Both the position numbers and the translations under genes were made by a program. This document shows, piece after piece, positions 39,201 through 51,978 of a stretch of 64,000 nt of DNA. The stretch comes from Callorhinchus milii (taxonomy: Eukaryota), in NCBI RefSeq assembly GCF_018977255.1, contig NW_024704757.1:7378001-7442000 (forward strand), read 5' to 3'. The notes under the pieces are model-generated. The model was not told the origin of the DNA. It saw nothing but the letters and a program-made list of their open reading frames with translations, and ran no database searches. The first letter of the stretch is position 1. Each line of letters starts with the position of its first letter.

Positions 39201-42200
39201 CTGTCTTTGCCTTGCTATCTAGCTCACACCCGTTAAACTCTCCGATAGCCATTGGGCCGTAGAGAGATGATCAAACAATGTGAGGAGAGCTTCACAGAGC
39301 TGGATCACACCGCAAATATCAGTGGGGAAGAGGGATTTAAAAATCAAGGAGATGTGTGTGTGGGGGTGGGAGAGGATTGTGTGTCTGTGGGGAAGAGGAT
39401 TGTGTGTGGTGGGGGAGAGAGATTGTGTATGTGTGAGGGGGGAGGGGGAGTGTGTGTATGTAGAAGTGGGGCAAGGGGAGGCATTAACTCTGGCTCTTGT
39501 TGGCGGTCTCGTAACTGCTAAGTAAGGGGTAAATTCCTGGTTGGTTGCTGTTGGGAGCAGGGGATACTGATGGAATTCTGAGGGTGGGGGAGGAGGGGGA
39601 ATAGGGGAGAGGAGGAGGGGCTGATCTGCACCAGTGCTGAAGCCCTGGGGGTGTCTGCTGCAGGTTATCCCGGTGTACGAGAGCGGCGCCACGTTCCAGC
39701 CCAGCACCATCGAGATGGTGGATGGAGAGACCAGTCCCCCGCAGTTACTCACTGAGGCGGACCTCATCGCTCTGATGGAGAAACACGGGATCGGTAAGTG
39801 GCCGTACAGCTGTGGCAGAGGGTGGGAGAGGCCAGAGCGCAGTGACTTGAGAGTGAGAGATGTCGGTGTAATTTTATTTGTTGCTATTTTTAAAAAAAAA
39901 AAAAATTCGGGGTGTTTCAGTCTGTAATTCCCTCTCATTCCAAATTCACCCCCAGATTCCAAGTTACTCCTCTACATGTCTCATTGTTTCCGAGTTGTCG
40001 CTGGGACAGATTAGCTGCCACATTTGCCGAGCTAACTAACATTGTGAATCGGTTTTATTTAGTAAAAGTGTTGAGATGGTTCAGTGGTGAGATAGGTGAT
40101 GATGCTGATTGGCTGCTCCTCTCCGCAGGCACTGACGCCACTCACGCCGAGCACATTGAGAAGATCAAGTCCCGAATGTACGTGGGGCTGACTCCCGATC
40201 AGAGGTTCCTTCCTGGGGAACTGGGCATGGGCCTGGTGGAAGGTAACAACAACAACGTGCATTTATAGAGCGCCCTTTACGCGGGATAGCATCCCGGAGC
40301 ACTTAACAGTGGTGGAATCTGACCCAGAGGAGTGGGAGAGGGAGGGGGGAGATAACAGTAAGCACGACCAAAAAAGGTCTTTAGGCGGGATTTGAAAGTG
40401 GGGAAGGGGCAAGGCAGAGGGATTGAGGGAGGATTCTAAAGGAGCAAAACAACATAGATCATGACAGCTGTTTCAACTTGTCCCAGAACAGTAAAACCAG
40501 AGGACACGGCCAGCGATTGAAGGGGATAAATTCTGAATGAATCTACGCAAACACTATTTCAGTGAACGAATAGTGAACCTGTGGAACAGGCTCCCTAGGA
40601 GACGGTTCAAGCAGGAAATGTTGATTCCTCCAAACAGATTATATAGTTTTCTTTTAGGAAATAACATTATGGGATACAGCACATAGGTAGTTCGGGACAG
40701 GTGCATGTGACCCCCAGGAAGGCGAACTAGATGGACCTTGTTTTTTTTTGTCTAGCATTTCTTATGTTCTTTTGAAACGACTGCAGGGTTTTATACCCTA
40801 AACTGTTCGTAGCATTCTGCATACTTTGTGCTTTTGTTTAAACTGATAACAGGGAGACTGGTGTTGGTACAAGCAGCTGAATTCATGTCACTCAAGGGTG
40901 TGATTCACCCAGGGATGTTCTGGGTTAATGTAGCTGCACTGTCGGGGTCAGGAACTCCGAGCTGATTGATCCCAGTGCTGGAGTTTTGTGGTTGTAATGA
41001 AAGAGTTCAGGGGACTGAATGGTGTGGTTACATTGTCTGCTGTTATTACAGGATCTCTCGCACTGTCTGCCTTGTAACGCACTGTGCTATTTGCAGGCTA
41101 CGATTCGATGGGTTATGAAATGTCGAAGCCGGACCTGCGGGCGGAGCTGGAGGGGGACCTGAAGCTGGTCTGTGAGGGGAGAAAGGACAGGTTTGCGGTG
41201 CTCCAACAGCATGTTCTGAAATACAAGCAGGTCTTCATCGAGGCTGTGTCCAAGGCCAAGAAGTGAGTCGTTCAGTCACAAGGGGATGGGGGGGAGGGTT
41301 CAGGTCTTGGGAGCACTGGGGGGTGCAGGGCAGGTGGGCACTTGGTTGGGGGGGGGGATGCCGGTGGGGATGTGTGCAGGCCAGGGTGATCCCCTGGTGG
41401 ATGGGTGCAGCCCGGTCAGCACTGCTTTCTTGTTCAGACTGCCAGCTGTCTGGAGCTGTTTCAGGACGCTGAGGTGTGCTTTAATCTAATGGTCCATCTC
41501 TCCTGGGTTCTGTGTCTGTGAGTGATGTCCTGGGTAGTTATTTTACTAGTTATTTCTATTCTGAGGTGGATGAGAAGGCAGTGAATTGGTGGCTAATTGA
41601 CATGGTGGAGGTCTGGTGAACGCTCAGTGACTGACCGGCATTGTGTTGTAGGCTGGATGAGGCTCTGTCTCACTATTTTGGAGAAGCCAGTGAAATCCCG
41701 CAAGCTGAGGAGCTCCGCATGGAGATTCCTGAGCCCATCCGCAAGTGTCCCCAGTGTGGGAGAGACATGTTCCTCAAACAGAAGCGAGATGGCGGGTAAG
41801 TGTGGGGTATGCATTGTGGGTGGGAGGGAGTGCTGTGCTGCGGTGTGGTTGGGTTTGTGCTGGTGTGAAATGCAGTGGCTGTTTTATGTTCACACGGGGA
41901 GACGAGATTGTTCAGTGTCAGCCTGGCGCAGTTGGTGGTGTTCTTGTCTCTGGGTCAGATGTTGTGAGTTCAACCACCGCACCCACCCTCCCGTCAGTTT
42001 ACAGTTGAGGCAGTAGCACTGTACCGGGGGCGCACTGAGCGTGTGCTGTCGTTCAGATAAGATGGTAAATCTCCATCGCACCAGTCTTTGCCAGGCTCCA
42101 CTGGCTCCCAATTACTAAACGGATCGTTTTCAAGATCATTTTCAACCCTTCATGCCCTCACACCGCCCTACCTATCCGATCTGCTTTAACCCCCACTCCA

Positions 42201-44895
42201 CCATCCATTGCCTTCGCTTGGCTGGCTCCGGCCTCCTGTTTGTCCCTCGTCCCCTCCGCTCCACCATCGGCGCCCGTGTCTTCAGCCACTACACTTCTGG
42301 AACTCTCCCTCAATCACTCCGCCTTTCCCCCTCACTCCCCAACTTCAAATCCCGCCTAAAGACGTTGCTTTCTGATCGTGTTTACGGGCACCTTCTCCCT
42401 CCCACTCTCCCTTGCCCGGGGTCAGACTCCGCCGCTGTCAAGCGCCCCGGGACCCTACCCCGCGTGAAGGCCGCTGTGTAAATGCAAGTTGTTGTGAATG
42501 GAGGCCCTGTTTTGACTGTTGGGGACAGATTCCCGGGTCACACTGGTGGAATGTCGTGGCCGTTCCCGATCACATCCACCCGGTGGCGCTGTGTGGACTG
42601 CAATCTATCTGCAGCGCCACCTGGGGGTGTGGATTAGTTATTGCTGGAAACACTGAAAGCTGTAAAATTAACTGACATTCGGGCTAAGCTCTCGCCTCGG
42701 AGTCAGAAGTTTTTGCAAGTCCCACATCAGGGCTTTGAGCTCACAACCTAACTTCATCTACAGCGTACACAGCCGTTACACTTTACCGTCTATCCTGTGA
42801 TGCACTGTGAGACATCCTGCTGACAGGACAGGCACTGTGTGAAATTAACAATTATTATTGTTCTGATACTCCTGAGTGGGATTCTGATCTGGGGAGGGGA
42901 TGTACTAGTAATTGTCGCCTGACTGCTTTGCTCTCTCACTGTGCAGGTACTACCTGTCCTGTGTGGGGTATCCAAGCTGTAAGTGCGCTGCTTGGTTTCC
43001 AGATTCTGTGCTCGAGGTCAGGCGGGATGAGAGCGTGTGTCCAACATGTAAACCGCATCCTGTTCACAGGTAAGACATCCAACCCCCGGAAATTGGGAAT
43101 AAACAACTTGTACTTGTATAGCTGCTCTCACATAGGTCCGAAGGTATCATCGAGTAAAGTGGGGGAGGATGTTAATCAAAGTTACAATCAAAGAAAAGGA
43201 ATAAGGTGAAGAGATTCTAGTGGAGAGTTTCACAGAGCGGGAGCAATATTGGCTGACGACTTTGCCACTGATGATGGGGTGGATGGAGTGAGGAAAGAGT
43301 AGGACACCAGAATTGGAAGAGCAAAGGGCAACGAGGCTAGTTCGCAACCAGGTCACATCTTCTGTGGACACTCCATGTCCAGGTGCACACACAAAGAATG
43401 GGCGCTTTAGCAAGAGGTCCTTAAGTGCGGGGTAACCATACTCTCAATGGCTTCAATCACCCTGGGAAAGGGACAAACGTGCAGTGATTTTATTGGTATT
43501 TATTTCTCTGAGGTTGAAGTTTAAGTTCCGGCGTGGCAGTGTGCCTGTGCTGGTGCCGCTGGAGTTCGTCGGTTGTATTGGAGGCTGCGATGAAATGCTG
43601 CGTGAGATTCTGGACCTGCGATATCTCCGAGTGGGACCTCTGCCGCTGGCGAACAGTCAGCCTGGCAACCAGCCACTACCTGGCACAGCACGTAACCAAC
43701 GGCCGACTGGCACAGGGCATAACCAGCCACCGTCCGGCACAGGGCGTAACCAACCGCCAACCGGCACTGGGCGTAACCAGCCACCGCCCGGCACTGGGCG
43801 TAACCAGCCACCGCCCGGCACAGGGCGTAACCAGCCACCGCCTGGCACAGGGCATAACCAGCCACTTGGAGGTCGTGGGAACCCTCACCCAGGCCCGCGG
43901 GCTGGGTCGGCTGGGATCCTGGGTGTGGATGATGACAACATGGTGGTGTGTAACTGTGGCCAGGACGCTTTGCTGCTGACCGTTCGGAAGGACGGGCCCA
44001 ACCAGGGTCGGAAATTCTACAAGTGCAGCACAGGAAACTGCAACTTCTTCCTGTGGGCCGACCAGAGCGAGGGAGGCGGGGTCAGCACGACCACCAGCAG
44101 GGGGCACTTCAGTCGCCCGAGCAGCGATGGAGGAGGCGGAGGGGGGGCGATGACGTGCACATGCAATGAGCCAGTGGTCACGCGGACAGTACAGAAGGAT
44201 GGACCCAACAAGGGGCGGGCGTTCCACACCTGCGCGAAGCCCCGCGAGCAGCAGTGCGGCTACTTTCAGTGGGTGGATGAGAACAGCCAGACACGTACGT
44301 TATAGCAAGCTCTAATGCGGGTCGGTCGGTCATTGGGAAACAGCAAAATATAATTAAGCTTGTATTTAAAAAAAGCTCCCCCTCCAGTTTCTCTGTGCTG
44401 CTGTGATACTGAGCAGGTCCAGAAACTCTCAGGCTCAAACCTTGGTATATTCAAAGTTCTCCCCAACCTCCCTCCTGGCACCGTCATCCCATTTTTGCCC
44501 ACAAAACACGGTCATTCCACTTCGCCATATATCCTGTGAAGCACTTTGGGACATCCTTTGGGGATGAGGCATAGACGAGCCTTAATCTAATAGAATGGTG
44601 GACGCGAAACAGGCTCAAGAGGCTGAATGGCGTACTCCTGTTCCTATGTTCTTCCCGATCTGATGCTGTATCAAATGCAAGTGTTATTAATATTGTATTC
44701 TGGTGAACAACCGATGAGTAATTTGTTTAGAAGTTAAGAGAGGGAGTCAGCATTCAGTCATTGTTTGTGGTTCTCCTTCTGACAGAGGCTGAGAGAAGAC
44801 CAGCAGGAAACGCTCCCCCAGCAAAGCGAGCCCGGTGCTGTGGGCTGTGTCATCAGCCAGGACACACAAGAACAAAATGTCCCCAGAACAGGTGA
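33250..44895 (+). CDS. TOP3A: DNA topoisomerase III alpha, 19 coding exons, about 1001 aa
   Basis: Exons: 33250-33399, 34147-34206, 34477-34550, 34708-34783, 35179-35287, 35808-35951, 36377-36547, 37255-37355, 37708-37782, 37871-37953, 38285-38492, 38844-39029, 39664-39793, 40129-40242, 41097-41262, 41652-41795, 42947-43069, 43513-44294, 44786-44895. They sum to 3006 nt with consistent phases. Motifs: TOPRIM VAEKN and [12 protein letters not shown], catalytic [10 protein letters not shown] (Tyr codon 38295-38297), a C4 zinc ribbon, two GRF zinc fingers and a terminal CCHC knuckle ([15 protein letters not shown]). Confidence 0.96.
33450..33840. repeat. C-rich low-complexity tandem repeat (CCCCCTCCTCCTCA)n in TOP3A intron 1
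   Basis: Almost pure C/T with CA interruptions, giving G-runs on the minus strand. Confidence 0.9.
36590..36930 (+). mobile_element. L2 LINE 3' fragment
   Basis: GGGCCTTCAGC...CTCTGGAACTC...CAGCGCCTTGGGA...GAAAGGCGCT tail. Similar fragments occur at about 29585-29860 (-), 42080-42495 (+) and 52530-52935 (+). Confidence 0.7.
40440..40770 (+). mobile_element. CR1-clade LINE 3' fragment
   Basis: Reads as TRGH..RLKGDKF...[17 protein letters not shown], typical of the CR1 ORF2 end. Confidence 0.7.
43667..43867 (+). repeat. Coding 27-bp minisatellite (about 7.4 copies, NQPPPGTGR) in TOP3A exon 18
   Basis: Units of the form AACCAGCCACCGCCCGGCACAGGGCGT, in frame. Confidence 0.92.
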
Positions 44896-45548
44896 AGTTG
44901 CGTCTGTATCACGTGCAGAAAAGTCTGTCCGAAACCAGTAACTTCAGCATATGTTCCTGACTCGTAACACTTAACTTGTGCGGGAGAAGCTTTGTACTGT
45001 GGTCGTCTTGTGTGGAATTGCCGTCGAGACCTCCCTGGGGTGGTGGGAGGATGCAGCGAGGCAGCCTCATCCATACCAGATGGTTGGAAGAGAAACGGAT
45101 TTGCAGGGTCTCAAGCCTTTGATGGAGAATTGTTGAGAATTCTTCCCGAGGAAACTCTGAGACCAAACCGCGACTGAGCCATCCCTGAGGTGACTGTAGC
45201 CTGAAACCCACTTGTAAACTGCCCCTATCTCCCAAATCTCTCCAGCTGGTTCCAGTCCTTCACATGTTAATCGCTGCATTGTCAGAGGTTCAAATGACCA
45301 ATGCTGGGGGTGGAGGGGGGCAGATTTTTTACCAGTCAATTTCTTGAATTGTATATAATCCGCATCAGTACAGCTGGTCTCTTGCTGGCTTCTCGCTGTA
45401 ACTTGCGGGTCTATCTCGGGACCAAACCTCGGTAAGCGCTCACACAAAATCAAATATATTTAACATGGTTACATTTTAATTTTAGGACTGTTCTATGTTC
45501 ACAGTTTTATATTTTTCATTGGAGTTGTGTAATCCAAAATTCGAACCA

Positions 45549-45554
45549 AATAAA
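45549..45554 (+). terminator. Probable TOP3A polyadenylation signal
   Basis: AATAAA about 650 nt after the stop codon, following U-rich 3'UTR sequence. Confidence 0.6.
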
Positions 45555-47474
45555 TGATTTCCTCACACAAAGTAGTATGATTCTGCAAACTGTAAATACG
45601 CAGCACTGAGGGTGGAGGAGTGGGTGGAACGCAAACTAGAGAAGGAAATTAACTGTTGTCTGAAGTCCAGGTATTTACAATAATGAAAACAGTCAGTGAA
45701 TCATTGCTAAAGTAATCTTTCATTTAATGATCATGATTGAAATAGTGCTCTGGCAGCCCACCACATTTAGCAGCAACAGTTTACAATATAGTGTCACCCA
45801 TTTATTACTGCAAACGTGTAACTATAGTCTCGCCCACGGAATCCTGTTTAGAAGAATCTCGCTTGAACAAGGAGTGCTGCTCACTGTGGGTGTGCATAAC
45901 AGAGCCCGGTATGAGGGAGCTGCGTTAACAGCTGGAGCTGAAGCTTGGGGTATTTGAGCTTCTGTGCTCACTGTCTTTATCGCTTTTACTCCTCTGGGTG
46001 CAGACTGACTGGTCTGTTATGGGTATGGTTGCCCATGTGCCAGTTGCTGGCACCTCAACCTAGAGGACCATTGCTCAGGCAGCCATCTCCCTATCTGATT
46101 GTGGAGTCAGATCCTGTTCTGGGCCAATGTGGGTCACAGTCAGAACAATCATCACTGGAAAACCCAGCTGATCAGATTTTTATTTTCCTCTCCTGCTGCC
46201 CCGGTTGAGGTCAGACATTGTAAAAGATTAGCCCCAAAAGGTGGTGATCACAATTCACCTGCCTGTTAAATCAGGATAACAGGGATATATGATCCCCTCA
46301 TTTTTTTCAAAAAAAAGTTGTGAATGACCAGCTGACATACACAAACGTATTAAATAGAATCAACTGAATTCACATAATAAATGACATACTTGAGCACTCA
46401 GTGCTCCACAGAGTTGTACATTTCATGTTAATGTGTGCCTTGTGTGGCATATAAACACCAGCATGGACTAGTGGAGCTGAGTGACCTGTTTCTGAGCTGT
46501 ACATTCTGTATAGCACAGCCACGTGGAATAGATTTCCATTTCTTGCTCTCTGTTCAACATCAGCCCATCTGATCATTTTTGCCAACCGGAGGCAATCTGC
46601 ATTGGAAGAGCTCAAGCTATTTTACACGTGACTTTCGTTCACCTAATGTCATGGAGCAGCTCTTTCCAGTACCAAGCACAAATAAATACACACACATTGT
46701 TTCAATCGGTTATAATAAAATAATTCAGATTCCTCCTTTGCTATTTGGAAGACATGGACTGACACACCGGTCAACCTCTGATAATCTCTCCATATTTCAT
46801 CCATTTTCTACTCCACTTAATGTAGCAGCAAATTCACTGGAGGTGGGCCTGAAGCTATCCACACCCACACATTTCATTCACTCAAATGTCCAAACCAACA
46901 CACATCAAACCAACAGGAGGTTCAACTCCAGCATCAGACTGGGTACGAGGAACCCTGACTTATTCCTCCCCCAGCCTCCTCCTCCCAAAACCTCAGGCGC
47001 TGAGGACAATTGTCCCCTGTAAACTGGCTACGATTGGCAAACTCCTGATCTGTCACGTGTAGTTGATGGTGGATAAACCAGCCACGTTTGCAACCTTGAG
47101 TTTAAACTTTTGATTAAGTTTTTTTGGGCGAGGTTTGGGTCTGAAACTGCCAAGAGTAAATAGTTTGATTTATGGGGAACTATTTACCATTGAAGCAAGA
47201 CTTAAAGAAGCAGCACCAGGAAATGTCACTGGAACAATCGCGGTCTCGCACACAACCTGTGCAGTGGAACTGAAGAACTTAAAAAAAATTATATGTAAAA
47301 AAAAAATCCAGATCTTGTCAGCAAGCACTGCTGGCAAAGTTGATTCACATTTTAAAGCATTTGTTCCAGTTACCTGGAATTTTAAAGAGATATCAGATTC
47401 CCGATTTAGTAATTTGTTTTATACAGCTTTGATAGAACTGTTGGAAAAACAAGTAGTTGTGTGCATTGCTCAAG

Positions 47475-50400
47475 TCAATGGTCAAGCAAAATACTAGGAT
47501 CAGACACTGCGCAGTACAGGGTGTAACCCATCTCCTCAATCTCCTCCTCTGACAAATTAGAAAAGAGATTGACTCGACTGCTGAAGTACCCGGGCAGGCA
47601 GCCCTGCTCCAGGTAACCAATCAGCTCCCTAAGCAACTGTACAAACCTGTCTGCCAGGAAGGCTTCAGTCCAGTCGCTCTCTGTGTGGCTGAGGTGCAGG
47701 ACAGCGTTGATCAGTTGGCTGCTGCTCAGCCTGCTCAGTGAAGCGTGGCTCCTGCAGACAGCTCTCAGCAACTTCACACAGCGCTGGCGACAGCCTGAGT
47801 CCTCGCTGTCCAGCCATCCCAGCTCAGCGATCTCAGCGACCCAAAATCTCTGCTGCCACATGTTTGTGAAATGTCCCTGTGTTTGTGGTGTTGCTGTAAG
47901 TTCTACCTGGTCCATCTTAATCATAGGAAGGACATTAATACGTAGAGATTTCTCAATATCGTATTGAGCCTCTAACTCAAGGGTTTCAGAAGAGACCTTG
48001 GGTCTAACTACACAGTCCAGCATACTGCCTATCGCAGGCCAGTTAATGCTCCCCACCACAGTCTTGTGGAATGTTTCAACTAACACTTTTGGCGACAAAT
48101 ATGTCCCCACAAGAAATCGATCCCAGTAACTGCTTCCCCGTGGAAAATAGTCTGTGTTATTCCTTCTCACAATCCATAGGTCCGGGGCGTTCAATATCGT
48201 CTCCTCCCCTGAGACAAGGGCCCAGAGATTCTCTTCAATGACCAGTGGCATGACAAGAGTGACGTGATCAGCTGAACCCATCTGGAGGTCACTGTACAGA
48301 CTCCCACTGAGTTTCAACTCCCCCACAGGCATTTCAGGATGTTTCTTGCTGATGAATTCCTGCAGTTCGGTGCAGATATCCAATGCGCACTGCTTGGCTT
48401 GACTCAGCTCAGAGACTGGGATGGATTTGTACGTGTAATAGGCGAGAAGTTTCTCCTGCAGGGTGATGCAGAGTTTAGTGTTTCTGCTCTCATTTTCAAT
48501 ATTCCTGCAGACAGTAAGAGCTTTGCGACCTCCTAGAAAAGACAATCAACACACCCTTAATATGGTTGTTTTTTCTTTTGAATTGTTGAATTGTTGGTGA
48601 ATTACCCCTCTGTAATGTATAACCATTATTGCGCAACAGAACATTCTGCACGCAGTACTCCCAGATCAACTACAGCACGGGTTAGATAAAGTCGCTTTAC
48701 ACTGTCTCACTCAGCACTCCCAGGAGCTGTAGCATGCGAGAGAGAGAGAGAGAGAGCACAGCTTTATAGCTCAGGACTTTGTTCCATTTAATTGGAAGAG
48801 CTATATTTGGATGTTACTCTACCGGTAATGTTCTCTCACTATGCTAAACAAAACAGGAAATGTTTGTACCAAGCTGTCAGTGTCCTTAACACTATTTAAG
48901 TAAAACCGGTATTAAAAATAACCATTTCAGATAAAAGTTTTGAAAACTAATTTGTGCAGGAACCAATTTACATGATAAACGTGACAATAATAAACGCCTT
49001 CCGTTGCATTCTACAGGACTGAATCCTTGTGCCTGTTTGTTTGTCAAATATTTGAGGAACTAACTGGCAATCTTCCGTATTTATAGACGTTCTTACAAAC
49101 AATATAACAAAGCAGGAAGTAATGTAGCACATTGTAATGGAGCTCGGTGTGCTAGAAACCTTAACATTATTTGAGTGTATATTTATTGTTAAGTGGAGTG
49201 ACTGTGACTGTGTTTTTGTATGTGAATGCAGCAGCCCAATTGCATCCATCAATGTCCCACTAACAGCCATGAAGCAAATGACTACTTTTATTTGGGGGGA
49301 TTGCTGGCCAGGAGACAGGGAGAGAAAAATTTCTCTTCTCTTTTCGAATAGTGCCATGGGAACAGGCAGCTAGGACTTTGGTTTAACTTCTCATCCAAAG
49401 GACGGCACCTCCGACAATATAATTCATCCCCAGCACTGAACTGAAGGGTCAGCTTAGACAGTGTCGGACTTTTCCAAGTGATTGAATATTGCATAAATCA
49501 ACAAATATTCAAGAAAATTTATTTTCTTGGCGACCAAAAAGATTGGTTATCTTAGACTAGCGTGAGTGCATAATGGATGCACAATAAAGCTGGTGCCACA
49601 GACTTCGCCTTTTGTTTACAGCATAGTGCTACCTGGTTTGGTCTTTGCGATGGTCATTCTTTGCAATGATTTGGTGAGCTCTCTCTGCATTTCCTTATGC
49701 AGCAGTTTGGGCGATGGCTCGATCCAGCCAGCCTCTTCCTTTATAGGCTTCGGGTCAGGCTTGTCCAGAGAACTGTCCGGAGGATCACTGGCCTTATCAA
49801 ACATCTGGAACAGAAACAATTAACCTGGACTCAGAAAGGCTCTGTCTGCGAGTTAGTGCTCATCTTCATCTGAACAGCCAGAAGTGAGAAAAGCTACAGT
49901 GAAACTCTGATAACTAGCCTCTGGGTTAAGTAGTCAACCCCACAGGACAAATCACTCACTCAATATCCCGATGATTTGAGTATTTCGGATAATTGGTCAA
50001 CACTGGGTATTTCTCTTAGAGTGCCGTGTTATCGGAGTTTCACTGGATTCCATTTGAAATCCTTGTAAATTCTATTTTAATCAATGTTTTCCTGATGTTG
50101 GCACACAACACACAGGTAAGTGTATGTTTTGTTTAATTAAAAGATGAGCTGTCACTGGCCGGTGAGTGTGGGTAGGCTATTCAATCATGGACAGCATCCA
50201 ACAGAGCCCTGACCCTGTCTTCACCTGATGGTCACAAACGGACACTTTCTAGGAAGCTATCAATCAGAAACAGGAACTCTGACTGAAATTTCCCCTCCAG
50301 CCCAGGGGCTGAGACCAATTACAGCAGCCAACCAATGCTTAGGTAGAAGTCAACAACAACAACAACAAATTACATGTGTGTATAGCGCTTTTCACGTCGG

Positions 50401-50663
50401 GAGACTATCCCAAGGCGCTGGAGGGAGGAAGTCAGGCAACATTGTTAGTTTTTCCAGCTACATGGCTGGACAGAGTCAGAATGTAACATGGAATCCGGAT
50501 CAGAAATACAATCAATGGAGAATCTTACTCTTTTAACTGCCAATGTGGCAATGGCCAGTATGGCAGCTCCCCCGACACCCAGCACCAGCCTGGCATTAGC
50601 CAGCAGGAAGTTGATGACATTTCCTAGGCTCTGGTTTCCTTTTCCTTGTACGATACTGGCCAT
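47475..50663 (-). CDS. MIEF2: Mitochondrial dynamics protein MiD49 (SMCR7), about 454 aa
   Basis: Exons 50663-50529 (MASIVQGKGNQSLGNVINFLLANARLVLGVGGAAILAIATLAVKR, N-terminal TM anchor; an alternative in-frame ATG lies at 50672), 49804-49633 and 48532-47475 (Mab-21/NTase fold: FPRGSSYWDRF, INWPAIGSML). They total 1365 nt in phase. The position between TOP3A and FLII matches human MIEF2. Confidence 0.9.
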
Positions 50664-51666
50664 CTTAAACATGGAGCGCTGTGACATACAAAAACAAGAC
50701 ATGCAACAAATGACATAATTTGAGATTCTTATTTATGAACAAGAACCCCAGCACCACCGTATAAAACTTTCCTCCAGAGGAATGGCAAAAATACAGTATT
50801 TTTTCTTCACAACATGATACAGATGTTAATGAGAGGAACTGATTAGCAGAGAACAAACTTTGGTGGAGTCCCCAGAAACCATGCAAATAAATAATGGTTG
50901 CTTGATGCTGGGAGACTATGACAAGCAGGCATTGGGCAATATATCACCCCAGTAAATAAAAGTGAGAATTTACACATTGTTAAATAAAATAATAATTCTT
51001 ACCTTTGATATAGACTGGAGGATGTCTCAGAGTGTTTCACAAGATTTACTGAAAAGTATTGCGATTGTGTTTTTGTAGGCAAATGCCTGTGAATTAAACA
51101 AGCACGAATGACCAGACATCCTGGGCAAATTCCTTTCAGGTTTATGGTAAGCGGATATTAATTCCCTGCAACAAGTCAGATCAGTGCCATTATTTACCGA
51201 AAGACTGGTGTCCTACGAACAGGGATACTAACTGCCGGGTTCAGACCTCCATCTGTTTAAAAGTAGGTATTGCAAATCATTGCTTTACAATCAGAACCGC
51301 TGGGGAGTGGGGAGATTAAGTATTTCTTGGCTTCACAAGAGTGCAAAAGCCAACTGTGTTTACCCCTAAAAACATGCCGTTTACCCCTTTAATCAGATAC
51401 TTCCAGTAACAGTTCAACATAAGAACATAAGAAATGCTAGACAAAAACGACCAAGGTTCATCTAGTTCGCCTTCCACCTTCCTGGCGGTCGCATGGACAT
51501 ATGTCCCGAACCACCTATGTACTGTATCCCATAATGTTTTTTCGTAAAAGAAAACTATCTGATCCATGTCTGGAGGAATCAACATTTCCTGCTTCAACCA
51601 TCTCCCTACGAAGCCTGTTCCACAGGTTTACTATTCGCTCATTGAAATAGTGTTTCTATAGATTGT

Positions 51667-51978
51667 GGAGTCCTGTAGCTCAGTGGTTAGAGCACTCGCT
51701 TTGCAAGTGAGAGACCTGAGTTCAATTCCAGGCACAGGGCGAAACCTTGGGCTAGTTTCCTTACTCCACACGCCTAATAATAATCCCTCCAAAACCAAAA
51801 ACAATAATAAAATTGGTCATTGTCAATCTACGGCTGTTTGTGGGACATTGGCTGCCGCGTTCGCCCACAAATATACAGTCAATTCACTTTACAGTGTGTT
51901 CTGTGAAGCGCTTTGGGACGTCCTCCCGACGTGAAAAGCGCTGTATCAAATGCAAGGATTATTATTATTATTATTATT
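51667..51978 (+). mobile_element. Young tRNA(Ala-TGC-like)-headed SINE nested in a minus-strand CR1 fragment (about 51420-52140)
   Basis: A-box TAGCTCAGTGG, B-box GAGTTCAATTCC and (ATT)n tail. The CR1 sequence resumes after the tail. Confidence 0.88.

Noticed and set aside
51667-51745. tRNA-Ala(TGC) gene (also at 28526, 19179, 32419, 17969)
   Set aside because: The T-stem and acceptor stem are imperfect and vary among copies, and each continues into the same SINE body and tail. These are SINE heads.
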